A stretch of DNA of 64,000 nt from NCBI GenBank assembly GCA_964016885.1, contig OZ024740.1, positions 417,322,001 to 417,386,000 on the forward strand. The letters are read 5' to 3'. A program made the translations under genes and the position numbers. Below the pieces are notes generated by a model. That model was not told where the DNA came from, made no database searches, and saw nothing but the letters and a program-made list of their open reading frames with translations. Each line of letters opens with the position of its first letter. Positions within the stretch are counted from its first letter, which is position 1. The DNA is from Eledone cirrhosa (taxonomy: Eukaryota). Below are positions 52,401 through 64,000 of this stretch, one piece after another.

Positions 52401-55400
52401 CATATGGACTTATTTGTTGCATGAAACTGTTAAAGTGACTGAGAGAGCCATACCCAGCTATATGGACTTATTTGTTGCATGAAACTGTTAAAGTGACTGA
52501 GAGAGCCATACCCAGCCATATGGACTTATTTGTTGCATGAAACTGTTAAAGTATCGGAGAGAGCCATACCCAGCCATATGGACTTATTTGTTGCATGAAA
52601 CTGTTAAAGTGACTGAGAGAGCCATACCCAGCCACATGGACTTATTTGTTGCATGAAACTGTTAAAGCATCGGAGAGAGCCATACCCAGTCATATGGACT
52701 TATTTGTTGCATGAAACTGTTAAAGTATCGGAGAGAGCCATACCCAGTCATATGGACTTATTTGTTGCATGAAACTGTTAAAGTATCGGAGAGAGCCATA
52801 CCCAGCCATATGGACTTATTTGTTGCATGAAACTGTTAAAGTATCGGAGAGAGCCATACCCAGTCATATGGACTTATTTGTTGCATGAAACTGTTAAAGT
52901 ATCGGAGAGAGCCATACCCAGCCATATGGACTTATTTGTTGCATGAAACTGTTAAAGTATCGGAGAGAGCCATACCCAGCCATATGGACTTATTTGTTGC
53001 ATGAAACTGTTAAAGTATCGGAGAGAACCATACCCAGTCATATGGACTTATTTGTTGCATGAAACTGTTAAAGTATCGGAGAGAGCCATACCCAGCCATA
53101 TGGACTTATTTGTTGCTTGAAACTGTTAAAGTATCGGAGAGAGCCATACCCAGTCATATGGACTTATTTGTTGCATGAAACTGTTAAAGTATCGGAGAGA
53201 GCCATACCCAGCCATATGGACTTATTTGTTGCTTGAAACTGTTAAAGTATCGGAGAGAGCCATACCCAGTCATATGGACTTATTTGTTGCATGAAACTGT
53301 TAAAGTGACTGAGAGAGCCATACCCAGCCACATGGACTTATTTGTTGCATGAAACTGTTAAAGTGACTGAGAGAGCCATACCCAGCTATATGGACTTATT
53401 TGTTGCATGAAACTGTTAAAGTGACTGAGAGAGCCATACCCAGCCATATGGACTTATTTGTTGCATGAAACTGTTAAAGTGACTGAGAGAGCCATACCCA
53501 GCCATATGGACTTATTTGTTGCATGAAACTGTTAAAGTGACTGAGAGAGCCATACCCAGTCATATGAACTTATTTGTTGCATGAAACTGTTAAAGTGACT
53601 GAGAGAGCCATACCCAGTCATATGGACTTATTTGTTGCATGAAACTGTTAAAGTGACTGAGAGAGCCATACCCAGCCATATGGACTTATTTGTTGCATGA
53701 AACTGTTAAAGTGACTGAGAGAGCCATACCCAGCTATATGGACTTATTTGTTGCATGAAACTGTTAAAGTGACTGAGAGAGCCATACCCAGCTATATGGA
53801 CTTATTTGTTGCATGAAACTGTTAAAGTGACTGAGAGAGCCATACCCAGCCATGTGGACTTATTTGTTGCATGAAACTGTTAAAGTGACTGAGAGAGCCA
53901 TACCCAGCCATGTGGACTTATTTGTTGCATGAAACTGTTAAAGTATCGGAGAGAGCCATACCCAGCCATATGGACTTATTTGTTGCATGAAACTGTTAAA
54001 GTGACTGAGAGAGCCATACCCAGCTATATGGACTTATTTGTTGCATGAAACTGTTAAAGTGACTGAGAGAGCCATACCCAGCCATATGGACTTATTTGTT
54101 GCATGAAACTGTTAAAGTGACTGAGAGAGCCATACCCAGCTATATGGACTTATTTGTTGCATGAAACTGTTAAAGTGACTGAGAGAGCCATACCCAGCCA
54201 TGTGGACTTATTTGTTGCATGAAACTGTTAAAGTATCGGAGAGAGCCATACCCAGCCATATGGACTTATTTGTTGCATGAAACTGTTAAAGTATCGGAGA
54301 GAGCCATACCCAGCCATATGGACTTATTTGTTGCATGAAACTGTTAAAGTGACTGAGAGAGCCATACCCAGCCATATGGACTTATTTGTTGCATGAAACT
54401 GTTAAAGTGACTGAGAGAGCCATACCCAGCCATATGGACTTATTTGTTGCATGAAACTGTTAAAGTATAGGAGAGAGCCATACCCAGCCATATGGACTTA
54501 TTTGTTGCATGAAACTGTTAAAGTATCGGAGAGAGCCATACCCAGCCATATGGACTTATTTGTTGCATGAAACTGTTAAAGTGACTGAGAGAGCCATACC
54601 CAGCCATATGGACTTATTTGTTGCATGAAACTGTTAAAGTGACTGAGAGAGCCATACCCAGCCATATGGACTTATTTGTTGCATGAAACTGTTAAAGTGA
54701 CTGAGAGAGCCATACCCAGCCATATGGACTTATTTGTTGCATGAAACTGTTAAAGTGACTGAGAGAGCCATACCCAGCTATATGGACTTATTTGTTGCAT
54801 GAAACTGTTAAAGTGACTGAGAGAGCCATACCCAGCTATATGGACTTATTTGTTGCATGAAACTGTTAAAGTGACTGAGAGAGCCATACCCAGCTATATG
54901 GACTTATTTGTTGCATGAAACTGTTAAAGTGACTGAGAGAGCCATACCCAGCCATATGGACTTATTTGTTGCATGAAACTGTTAAAGTGACTGAGAGAGC
55001 CATACCCAGCCATATGGACTTATTTGTTGCATGAAACTGTTAAAGTGACTGAGAGAGCCATACCCAGCTATATGGACTTATTTGTTGCATGAAACTGTTA
55101 AAGTGACTGAGAGAGCCATACCCAGCCATATGGACTTATTTGTTGCATGAAACTGTTAAAGTGACTGAGAGAGCCATACCCAGCCATATGGACTTATTTG
55201 TTGCATGAAACTGTTAAAGTATCGGAGAGAGCCATACCCAGCCATATGGACTTATTTGTTGCATGAAACTGTTAAAGTGACTGAGAGAGCCATACCCAGC
55301 TATATGGACTTATTTGTTGCATGAAACTGTTAAAGTATCTGAGAGAGCCATACCCAGCTATATGGACTTATTTGTTGCATGAAACTGTTAAAGTGACTGA

Positions 55401-56094
55401 GAGAGCCATACCCAGCTATATGGACTTATTTGTTGCATGAAACTGTTAAAGTGACTGAGAGAGCCATACCCAGCTATATGGACTTATTTGTTGCATGAAA
55501 CTGTTAAAGTGACTGAGAGAGCCATACCCAGCCATATGGACTTATTTGTTGCATGAAACTGTTAAAGTGACTGAGAGAGCCATACCCAGCCATATGGACT
55601 TATTTGTTGCATGAAACTGTTAAAGTGACTGAGAGAGCCATACCCAGCCATATGGACTTATTTGTTGCATGAAACTGTTAAAGTGACTGAGAGAGCCATA
55701 CCCAGCTATATGGACTTATTTGTTGCATGAAACTGTTAAAGTGACTGAGAGAGCCATACCCAGCCATATGGACTTATTTGTTGCATGAAACTGTTAAAGT
55801 ATCGGAGAGAGCCATACCCAGCCATATGGACTTATTTGTTGCATGAAACTGTTAAAGTGACTGAGAGAGCCATACCCAGCCATATGGACTTATTTGTTGC
55901 ATGAAACTGTTAAAGTGACTGAGAGAGCCATACCCAGCTATATGGACTTATTTGTTGCATGAAACTGTTAAAGTGACTGAGAGAGCCATACCCAGCCATA
56001 TGGACTTATTTGTTGCATGAAACTGTTAAAGTATCGGAGAGAGCCATACCCAGCTATATGGACTTATTTGTTGCATGAAACTGTTAAAGTATCG
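49474..56094. repeat. 58-bp satellite, about 114 copies, highly homogeneous
   Basis: Unit aaagt[gact/atcg]gagagagccatacccagccatatggacttatttgttgcatgaaactgtt; period measured 49501 to 49559. Confidence 0.98.
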
Positions 56095-56310
56095 ACTGCT
56101 CTCTGAGAGATTTGTAGTGGAGTCTTTGGCAGTGGAGACTTCCGGCGTTCTTGGCCCCCGGACCGCACCCCTATTTACTGCTATCGGGAGCATAGTTAGC
56201 TGCCTGCAGTTACAAGCCCCACGAGGTGGAGTGGCTGCTTTACTACGTCTCTCTCCTCGTCCTCCGAGGCAATGTCTTCTCCATCTTGTCAGTCGGGACC
56301 ACGGACTGGC
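56078..56310 (+). mobile_element. CRE-clade 3' remnant
   Basis: KLLKYRLLSERFVVESLAVETSGVLGPRT, homologous to 23380-23600. Confidence 0.7.
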
Positions 56311-56418
56311 TTTTGAGTTTCATTTATGGTGGTGACATTCAGCTTTACTTCCATTAGCATCATTAGTAAGAAAGTAAACACACAAATACATTTTAGCTAG
56401 GCGTAATAACTAGTCCAG

Positions 56419-56466
<48 letters not shown>

Positions 56467-56469
<3 letters not shown>

Positions 56470-56589
56470 TAACAGATTAAAGTTTAAGCAAAGAATCGCT
56501 GCTTTCACCCTTAACGGGATCTTCTGAAACAGAAGATCCCGTTAAGGGTGAAAGCAGCGATTCTTTGCTTAAACTTTAATCTGTTATTT
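56467..56589. repeat. Perfect 60-bp-arm hairpin with 3-nt loop and a degenerate hammerhead at the apex
   Basis: Arms 56467-56526 and 56530-56589; CAGAAGA-t-ccc-gttaa-ggg-t-GAAA-gcagcgat-TC. Confidence 0.85.
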
Positions 56590-57059
56590 AATAAATATTT
56601 GCTCTACGGTTCTTATATATTTGATATATATTTATCCTTATCGAGCCCTCTTTGGATTTTAGTCTTCAAATTTATTATTATTACTATATATATATATATA
56701 TAAGACCGTTATTCCTCCAGACAGTCTACTTACCTTCAGTGCTATACACTAAACTGAATGTTAACCTGTACCCAAGACTTCTGTCAAACGAACCTTACTC
56801 ATCCACTAAATTCCTCAAATCACACGGAGATCACCCATTCCCCCAGATACGGCTTGTGTAACCGGACCTTATCAGTCATCCAATGGGGAAGACGGACGTT
56901 ATCAAGCTGTAGCTATCGTATTACGTATTTTCTATATAATAAAGCCAAAGCTATTATATATATCTATATCTACACGTGTATTATTGACAGATCTGAGAAT
57001 GAGTACTCAATACCATAGTAGAGTTTAAACATTTATTATATTATTATGGCTATATAATG

Positions 57060-57110
57060 AGTGTTGTTACTCTGGGGTTTCGCCTGCACACTCAGTCTCA
57101 TCAGACAAAA

Positions 57111-57112
<2 letters not shown>
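57060..57112 (-). ncRNA. Type I hammerhead motif, inverted copy
   Basis: Exact reverse complement of 57151-57203. Confidence 0.7.
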
Positions 57113-57150
<38 letters not shown>

Positions 57151-57152
<2 letters not shown>

Positions 57153-57203
57153 TTTTGTCTGATGAGACTGAGTGTGCAGGCGAAACCCCAGAGTAACAAC
57201 ACT
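57151..57203 (+). ncRNA. Type I hammerhead motif
   Basis: agttttgt-CTGATGA(57159-57165)-g a ctg agtgtg cag g c-GAAA(57182-57185)-c cccaga g-TA-acaacact. Confidence 0.7.
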
Positions 57204-57231
57204 CATTATATAGCCATAATAATATAATAAA

Positions 57232-57513
<282 letters not shown>

Positions 57514-57549
57514 TGTCCGCGCATTGCCTGGAGACTTAACTGAGAATAG

Positions 57550-57631
57550 ACTCCCTGATGACGCAATGAATTCTCGACAGTTGGATTACGTAACTGTCTT
57601 TATCCCATTGCAGAAACTAATTAGTTGGAGT
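57550..57631 (+). ncRNA. Minimal type I hammerhead motif
   Basis: actcc-CTGATGA(57555-57561)-c-gcaatg..gacagtt/aactgtc..cattgc-a-GAAA-ctaattag (palindrome)-TT-ggagt. Confidence 0.75.
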
Positions 57632-57717
57632 GAAAATTTAAGTAGGAAAAAAAAAATTTTTTTTAAATTTTTTTAAAAAAATATTTTCTTATTTTACGTC
57701 CTTTATATATATATATG

Positions 57718-57865
<148 letters not shown>

Positions 57866-57874
57866 TATATATGT

Positions 57875-60480
57875 GTAGAATTTGTATTTAATTTGTTGGA
57901 ATTCCGACAAACATAAATGCTTATAACTGATTTAGAGCACTCAACAGATTAGTGGAGTAAATATTCCAAAATATTCATAGATATTAAATAATAACTCGGT
58001 GCAATTAACGGATCTTGTGGGGCTATTTATTAATAATACACTACATAGAAAAATACCAGAGATGACCGGTGGTTTATATCGTGATGATATGCTGCTCTTA
58101 ATTAAAAATCATAGTAATTCTGAAATTAATAGAAAAAGAAAATCAATAATACAATTTTTCAAATGCTACAATCTTAAGTTAGAAATAGAGAATAACTATA
58201 AAATTGTTAACTTTTTAGATGTAACATTAAACCTTACCACAGGGCTCTACTATCCATTCCATAAAATTAATGAGAATTTAAACTATGTAAGCTTCAACTC
58301 CAATCATCCTAGATCTATTAAGAACACTATTGTAAATTTTATACAACAACGTATTTCTCTAATCTCTGCTAATAAAAACATTTTAGACGATAAGGCAGAA
58401 TATTATAATGAAACTTTAAACAGAGCAGGCTATATAAATAAGATTAAATACATCGACAACAGTAATAAACCAAATAACCCTATTATTAATTATAATTACA
58501 ATAGAAAACCTTACTTAAACTCTAAAACTAACAGAAGAAATAGGAACTAGAAATATAATTTGGTATTCTCCTCCTTTCTCATTAAGCGTTAAAACACCTT
58601 TAGCTAAACTATTCTTTAAAGCTCTAGATAAATGTTTTCCCTAAAACCAATAGATACCACTCAATCTTTAACAGACATACAATAAAACTATCTTACTCTA
58701 CTACTATGAACTTAGCTCAAAATATAAATAGAATCAATAATAGAAATTTAAACCATAACCAAAATAGCAATAATATCTCTAGCAATATCCAACATAATAA
58801 TACCGTTCCCAATAACATCAACTCCGCTAAGTGTAATTGTAGAATTAAATCAAACCGTCCTTTAAAAAATAAGTGCTTAGATAAGGAAGTGGTCTATAAA
58901 TGCACAGTCAAAACCAATGACAATATATTTAACTATGTAGGCTCTACTTCTACAGACTTTAAAACTCGTTTCAATAATCACAAATGCTCGTTTAACAATA
59001 TTGGTAAAAAATCTTCAACTTCTCTATCAAACTTGATATGGAACTTAAAATCCCAAAATACGGACTATTCTTTAACGTGGGAAATAATTTCAATAGCACC
59101 TGCATACCAAAACACAGCTTTATCTAGATTTTGCAAATTATGTGTTGAGGAAATTTTCTTCATACTTAAATGTAAGAACTCTATTAATATACGTATAAAT
59201 TTGTTTAGTTCTTGTAAACATCGCCTAAATTCTACGTTTAGAACTATATATAAATTATAATTACACTCATAATATTTCTACTTATTTCCATATATTGTTT
59301 GATATAACTTCACTTCTTATAATTTCACTTATCAAAATCTCTTAAATTATATACATATATGATCCTAAACTTTTAAATTTTAATTTTTAATTTTAACTTA
59401 AATTTAAATATTTTTAAGGTTTTTTAATTCTTTATCCTTTACTTCTTAAATCCTTAGCTTTTACTTCTTAAATGTTCCATTTTTCATATTTTTATTTTTT
59501 ACTTCTAAAATATTTCATATATTTTAAAATTTACTTATTTTTTCAAAAAATTCTTTTTTTTTTTTAAATTATATATTTTTTTTAAAATTACTTATTTAAA
59601 AAAAAAATCTACTTTTTTTTTAAAATCTTTTATATAAAAAAAATTTTTTAATGGTTTTTAAAATTTTTATGAAATTTTCAAAAAACTTTTTTAAGGTTTT
59701 TCAAATACTATTTTTTAAATATTCTTTAAATATTTTTTTTAGATTTTCTGAAAAATTTTTTTTTTTTAATTTTCCAGAATATTTAATATTAATATTATTA
59801 ATAATATTTTAATATTTTTTAATAATTTATTTTTTAATAATTCATTTGATTTTTAACCAATAACTACTTTAGGCTAAATAGATCTTTCAACATTTATATC
59901 TTTGACAAAATGGGTTATTTTTCTATCTAATCTTTTATATATATTTATTTTTCTATATATACCCTTTTCTATATATATCTATTTTCTCTATCTACTTATA
60001 ATGGTAAATATATTATATTAGAAAAGAATTCTAACAACAATTTAATAGTAACCATACGTATCATTACTAGATATAAACTTTAAACTTATTTACGTTACAT
60101 GACTTCTATTCATCCCCTTGTAAATTTCTGCTCTATCCATCTCAAAATAATAATTTTTTCTCTCTCTCTTTCTCCAGCGTCATTTAAGTAAACGATTGTT
60201 TTTTTAATTATTTACACATTCATTTGCATATTCACATATAACTATGAATAACCCTTAATATGTTTCCACTATCCAGTGAATTTCCGACCGATAAGGTTTG
60301 ATTATCATGGATATGTCTTTACATATAAAACATACTTTGTATTTTATCTGATGAAAGCGCACCAAGGTTCCTTGGTTGCCCTTGAAATATATATAATAAA
60401 ATAAATATGGTTTTATAAATATAGTTTCCATTTATTTAATATCTTTCTCTCTCCCTCTTCCCTACTTTTCTCTCTTCCTT
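57875..60480 (+). mobile_element. 5'-truncated Penelope-like element (Naiad-type), frameshifted RT plus GIY-YIG, long AT-rich 3' region
   Basis: GLYRDD, NFLDVTL, SNHP, RNIIWYSPPFS, IFNRHTIKLSYS, CNC..PL..KC linker, VVYKC..YVGST..FKTRFNNH, CKLC..E; two frameshifts near 58545 and 58642; hammerhead in the 3' region. Confidence 0.88.
60324..60417 (+). ncRNA. Minimal type I hammerhead motif in the 3' terminal region of the PLE
   Basis: tattttat-CTGATGA(60348-60354)-aag cgc accaagg ttc cttggt tgcc ctt-GAAA(60384-60387)-tatata-TA-ataaaata; stem I extends as tataaaacata/tatggttttata. Confidence 0.8.
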
Positions 60481-60530
60481 TTCTACTCTATCTTCCCCAA
60501 CAACCCCACTTAAGGGTATTTACATTGTAC

Positions 60531-60665
60531 ATTTACCATTCTGCTCTGAGGAAACAGTGGTCACAGCATTGGATATTCGAGTTCTGCAAGTACTTGTGAA
60601 TTTGCACGTAGCATAACTAGGCTGCAGTACCACCGTGGAAACACTTGTAAGCACACGGAATAAAT
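60531..60665 (+). ncRNA. Type I hammerhead motif with long stem II
   Basis: atttacc..tgct-CTGAGGA(60546-60552)-a-acagtggt..accaccgt-g-GAAA(60638-60641)-cacttg-TA-agca..ggaataaat. Confidence 0.65.
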
Positions 60666-60950
60666 TACCTTTTTATGATGTCTACCTGTTATTATTCATT
60701 CTTTATATACACTCCGGGATACTGAAGGATCAGGAACTAAGTTTCTTGAACAATTCTTCCATAACCCGTAGAGTAACTTCTTACCGTACGTCAACCATAT
60801 CCAGTGTAGTAATTAACCATTACTACATCTCGGATAATCCTATACCTAATATATATATATATATATATAACGATACATTAACGGAGCCATAGACTCTCGC
60901 CGTTCCCTGTAAATAATGTGCTCAAAGGAGAGGAAATCCTGAGCTCTTTA

Positions 60951-61574
60951 AAATACAATATGTTGAAAAGGTAACACACTAGAGATATACAGTGCGCTAT
61001 CAATAAAACAGGGAAAAACCACCAGTGTATGTAATCTAAAACCTATGAAAGGCAGAGTATAGACACGATAATTAAAAATATAAATTAAAGCGTAAATAAA
61101 TACCTCTATAACTATATAACACACGTACAAATCCAAAGTGATCTGTTTCGCCAGTAAGTTGTTGACAGAAATGAAATATGGTTTTGGGCTGCTCTTTCTA
61201 GCAGCTCGTCCCTCAGAGGCCACTGGTTTACTGCCCTTAAACACGCTGTGACTTCTCTCTCCCACGTGTAGCTGGACGGTCACTTTAAACATTCTCTTAG
61301 TGTTGTCTGAAATGTATAGCCTTACACACGCTGATGAACCTGGGTTATTTCATTTCTGTCAACAACTTACTGGCGAAACATCACTTTGGATTTGTACGTG
61401 TGTTATATAGTTATAGAGGTATTTATTTACGCTTTAATTTATATTTTTAATTATCGTGTCTATACTCTGCCTTTCATAGGTTATAGATTCCATACACTGG
61501 TGGTTTTTCCCCGTTTTATTGAAAGCGCACAGTATCTCTCTCTAGTGTGTTACCTTTTCAACATATTGTATTTA
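60951..61574. repeat. About 228-bp inverted repeat with a 167-bp spacer
   Basis: 60951-61178 is the reverse complement of 61346-61574 with few differences. Confidence 0.9.
61324..61403 (+). ncRNA. Type I hammerhead motif
   Basis: acacacg-CTGATGA(61331-61337)-stem II cc tgggtt/aactta ct gg-GAAA(61375-61378)-ca(ga)tc..gatttg-TA-cgtgtgt; 7-bp perfect stem I. Confidence 0.75.
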
Positions 61575-61624
61575 TATTTATATATATATATTTTCTTCCT
61601 CTCAACCACATCATCTTCCGTATT

Positions 61625-61982
61625 CCCAATGCTGAGGATGGCTCTGAACATTAATCAGTATACACTGAGGATGAAAAACTCAGAGCTGTATGGGAGCATC
61701 GTAAAAGTCAGCTCAAAAGTGACACAGAGACTGAGGTTAGCTGGACATGCTCACCAACATCCAGAGTTGACATTGCACTCAGTGCTCCTTTGGGAGCCCC
61801 TACATGGACACACTAGAAGAGGAAGACCAAGGTTAACGTATGTTGATGCTCTAAGGACAGACACTGGTCTGTTGGAGACGCAGGACATGGCAGCGATAAT
61901 GAGGGACAGAGACCGCTGGAGAGAACTCGTCCATAGATCTCGGGAATTTTACCCGCCTTAGATAGATAGATAGATAGATATA
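61625..61982 (+). mobile_element. 3' fragment of a fourth RTE-like LINE
   Basis: RLRLAGHAHQHPE..LLWEPLHG..RRGRPRLTYVD..DRDRWR; (GATA)n tail. Confidence 0.85.
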
Positions 61983-62034
61983 TATGTATGTATGTATGTA
62001 TATATATAGCCATCTGTAACTGTTTCGCATTTTA

Positions 62035-62340
62035 TGCCACTCCGTCGGTTACGATGACGAGTGTTCCAGTTGATCCGATCAACAGAACAACCTACTCGTG
62101 AAATTAACGTACAAGTGGCTGAGCAGCCCACAAACACGCGTACCCTTAACGTAGTTCTCAGGGAGATTCAGCGTGAGACGGAATCTGACATGGTTGACCC
62201 TTCGAATTACAGTTTTGCCATTTGAGTGGACTGGAACAACATGAAATAAAGTGTCTTGCTGAAGAACACAACGCGTTACCGGGTATCGAACCCACGACCT
62301 TACGATCGTGATCCGAGTACCTTAACCACAAAGCCACCTT
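62035..62340 (-). mobile_element. tRNA-derived SINE (second family), CpG retained
   Basis: Reverse complement of the 4530-4862 family; head gtggctttgtggttaagg..ggttcgataccc. Confidence 0.85.
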
Positions 62341-62759
62341 ACTCTTCACCTTCACATTCACACACACACAAACCATAGACACAATGACTTTACTATCTCA
62401 GTTAAGAAGCTACAATATATTTGGAACTGTGTTCAGTGAGGAGTGAAATAAAAATGATTCATTTGACACATGGATACAATAATTTATCTTTGATGAATAA
62501 AGTATGAAGACGATGTAGACAATGATGTATGAAATAGTGTTACTACTTTGAAGTTTATATATATGGAGTGGTGGAGGTACATATTGTGACTAGTGGTAGT
62601 ACACAAAACCCAGAGTAGCAACAGTCATCTCCGTAATATAGTATACAATATATAATATTCCATACTTTGGTATTGAGCACATTTTCCTTGTATTTCTAAA
62701 CCCCAAAGTACGGATAATATATATATATGTGTGTGTGTGTGTATATATGGTAGGCACAA

Positions 62760-63820
62760 TGAGAAAAGGTACAGATTAGGGGTTAGAAATTAAAAGAAAA
62801 AGGAAAAGAAAAGGAAAAGGAAGAAAGGGAAGTGATAAATAGGAGTGATATAGAATGAGTAACTAGTATTATATAATGTATAATAAATAACTTTAAAATA
62901 AGGTAGAAAGATGGGTATATTTTGAAAGAAGTATATATATATATATATATATATATGTGCCTTTGAGAAAAGGATTTTAAATTGATCAAGTATTAGATAT
63001 TAGCTGTATACTTTATGGAATGTTCTGTGGAATTTATGCAAGCAGAGAGAAAACAAGTCAGTGCGTCTATTTATTATAGAATCTAAATTAGATATAATGG
63101 TAAATTTTTCATTTAAACAGAGATTGCAAGTCTTGGATAGAGAACTGTTCAAGTATAGAGAAGCAGAAGAAACCTTTTTCCAAGAGATGTTATATTTAAT
63201 ATTGTTGTCTTTCAAGGACCATATGAGTTCTGAGAGTGCCGTGTTGGTTCTTTTAAGTTGGTATTTAAAAGACGAATGATGATTATAAAGACGAGCTTTA
63301 AAGGAGGTGGAAGTGGAGCCAAAATAGGTGAAGGAATTGGTGTCAGTTATAACTTTACATTCGTAGATTAAGTTTTTTTCAAGACAATGGTTGTTGAGAG
63401 GACATTTATTTTTAACAGGGCAATTGCAATTGCGATTAGAGAGATTAGCAGAGTTATTAACGAGTGACCTAGTGTTATCTATAGAAGGAATTGGATTGGA
63501 GAAGTTATTTACGATAGGAATAATAGTTTCTTGATTTAGCGAAGTTGTGTTTGACGTTGTATTTGGGTTTGCAGAAATTAGCCTAGAGTTTACAATGACG
63601 TCGGGAGTACTATTACTATTATCATGATATTCAGTGTTGGAAGGAAGAGATTTAGTATTTAGTATTTTATTGTTGTGTTTAGAGATAATGTTGGAAATGT
63701 TGGAGGAGGTCGAATAGGAAAATTTATAGTGTGTTTGTTAAATATTTTACTATAGATATGTGAGGGAGGGAAGCATTTATTTAAGACACTAAAGAATAAT
63801 TTAGGAATATTATTATGAAT
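62760..63820 (-). mobile_element. Second Penelope-like (Naiad-type) fragment: linker plus GIY-YIG endonuclease
   Basis: Manual translation CNCPVKNKCPLNNHCLEKNLIYECKV..YFGSTSTSFKARLYNH..CNLCLNEK..CLHK; stop at 63000. Confidence 0.85.
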
Positions 63821-63824
63821 AGAG

Positions 63825-64000
63825 ATAACTTCTCCAATCCAATTCCTTCTATAGATAACACTAGGTCACTCGTTAATAACTCTGCTAATCTCTCTAATCG
63901 CAATTGCAATTGCCGTTAAAAATAAATGTCCTCTCAACAACCATTGTCTTGAAAAAAACTTAATCTACGAATGTAAAGTTATAACTGACACCAATTCCTT
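63825..64000 (+). mobile_element. Inverted duplicate of the same PLE, running off the window
   Basis: Reverse complement of 63331-63508. Confidence 0.9.

Noticed and set aside
49474-56094. Satellite-encoded hammerhead (unit contains CTGAGAGA and GAAACTGTT)
   Set aside because: The core is not CUGANGA, stem II does not abut GAAA, stem I strands are not complementary, and the ATCG variant units lack CTGA.
57999-63820. Selenoprotein-type Naiad element (in-frame UGA plus SECIS)
   Set aside because: The Cys positions I translated are TGT/TGC (one is CGT) with no in-frame TGA, and the hairpin at 60715-60768 lacks SECIS spacing.

Overview
Repeat-dense, AT-rich eukaryotic DNA. The SINE, MITE and RTE complement looks like an octopod cephalopod (inferred from repeat recognition, not verified). 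Only one host coding exon is supportable: a 2.7-kb minus-strand exon (12047-14790) encoding a C2H2 zinc-finger protein with poly-N and poly-Q tracts. The rest is transposon-derived: RTE, CR1 and CRE LINE pieces, two decayed Penelope-like (Naiad-type) elements, many tRNA-derived SINEs, DNA-transposon MITEs, microsatellites and several minisatellite arrays (48, 29, 22, 31, 67 and 58 bp units). Most of these arrays trace to a parent TE segment in the same window. The most notable signal is a set of type I hammerhead ribozyme motifs: seven with a complete core (counting both arms of the 57.1-kb palindrome) and several truncated or degenerate ones. Most sit in short modules, largely (TA)n-delimited, and many lie at the apex of head-to-head foldback duplications, concentrated at 56.4-61.6 kb and 7.3-8.8 kb. 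All RNA structures were folded by eye, copy numbers are estimates and nothing was searched against a database.
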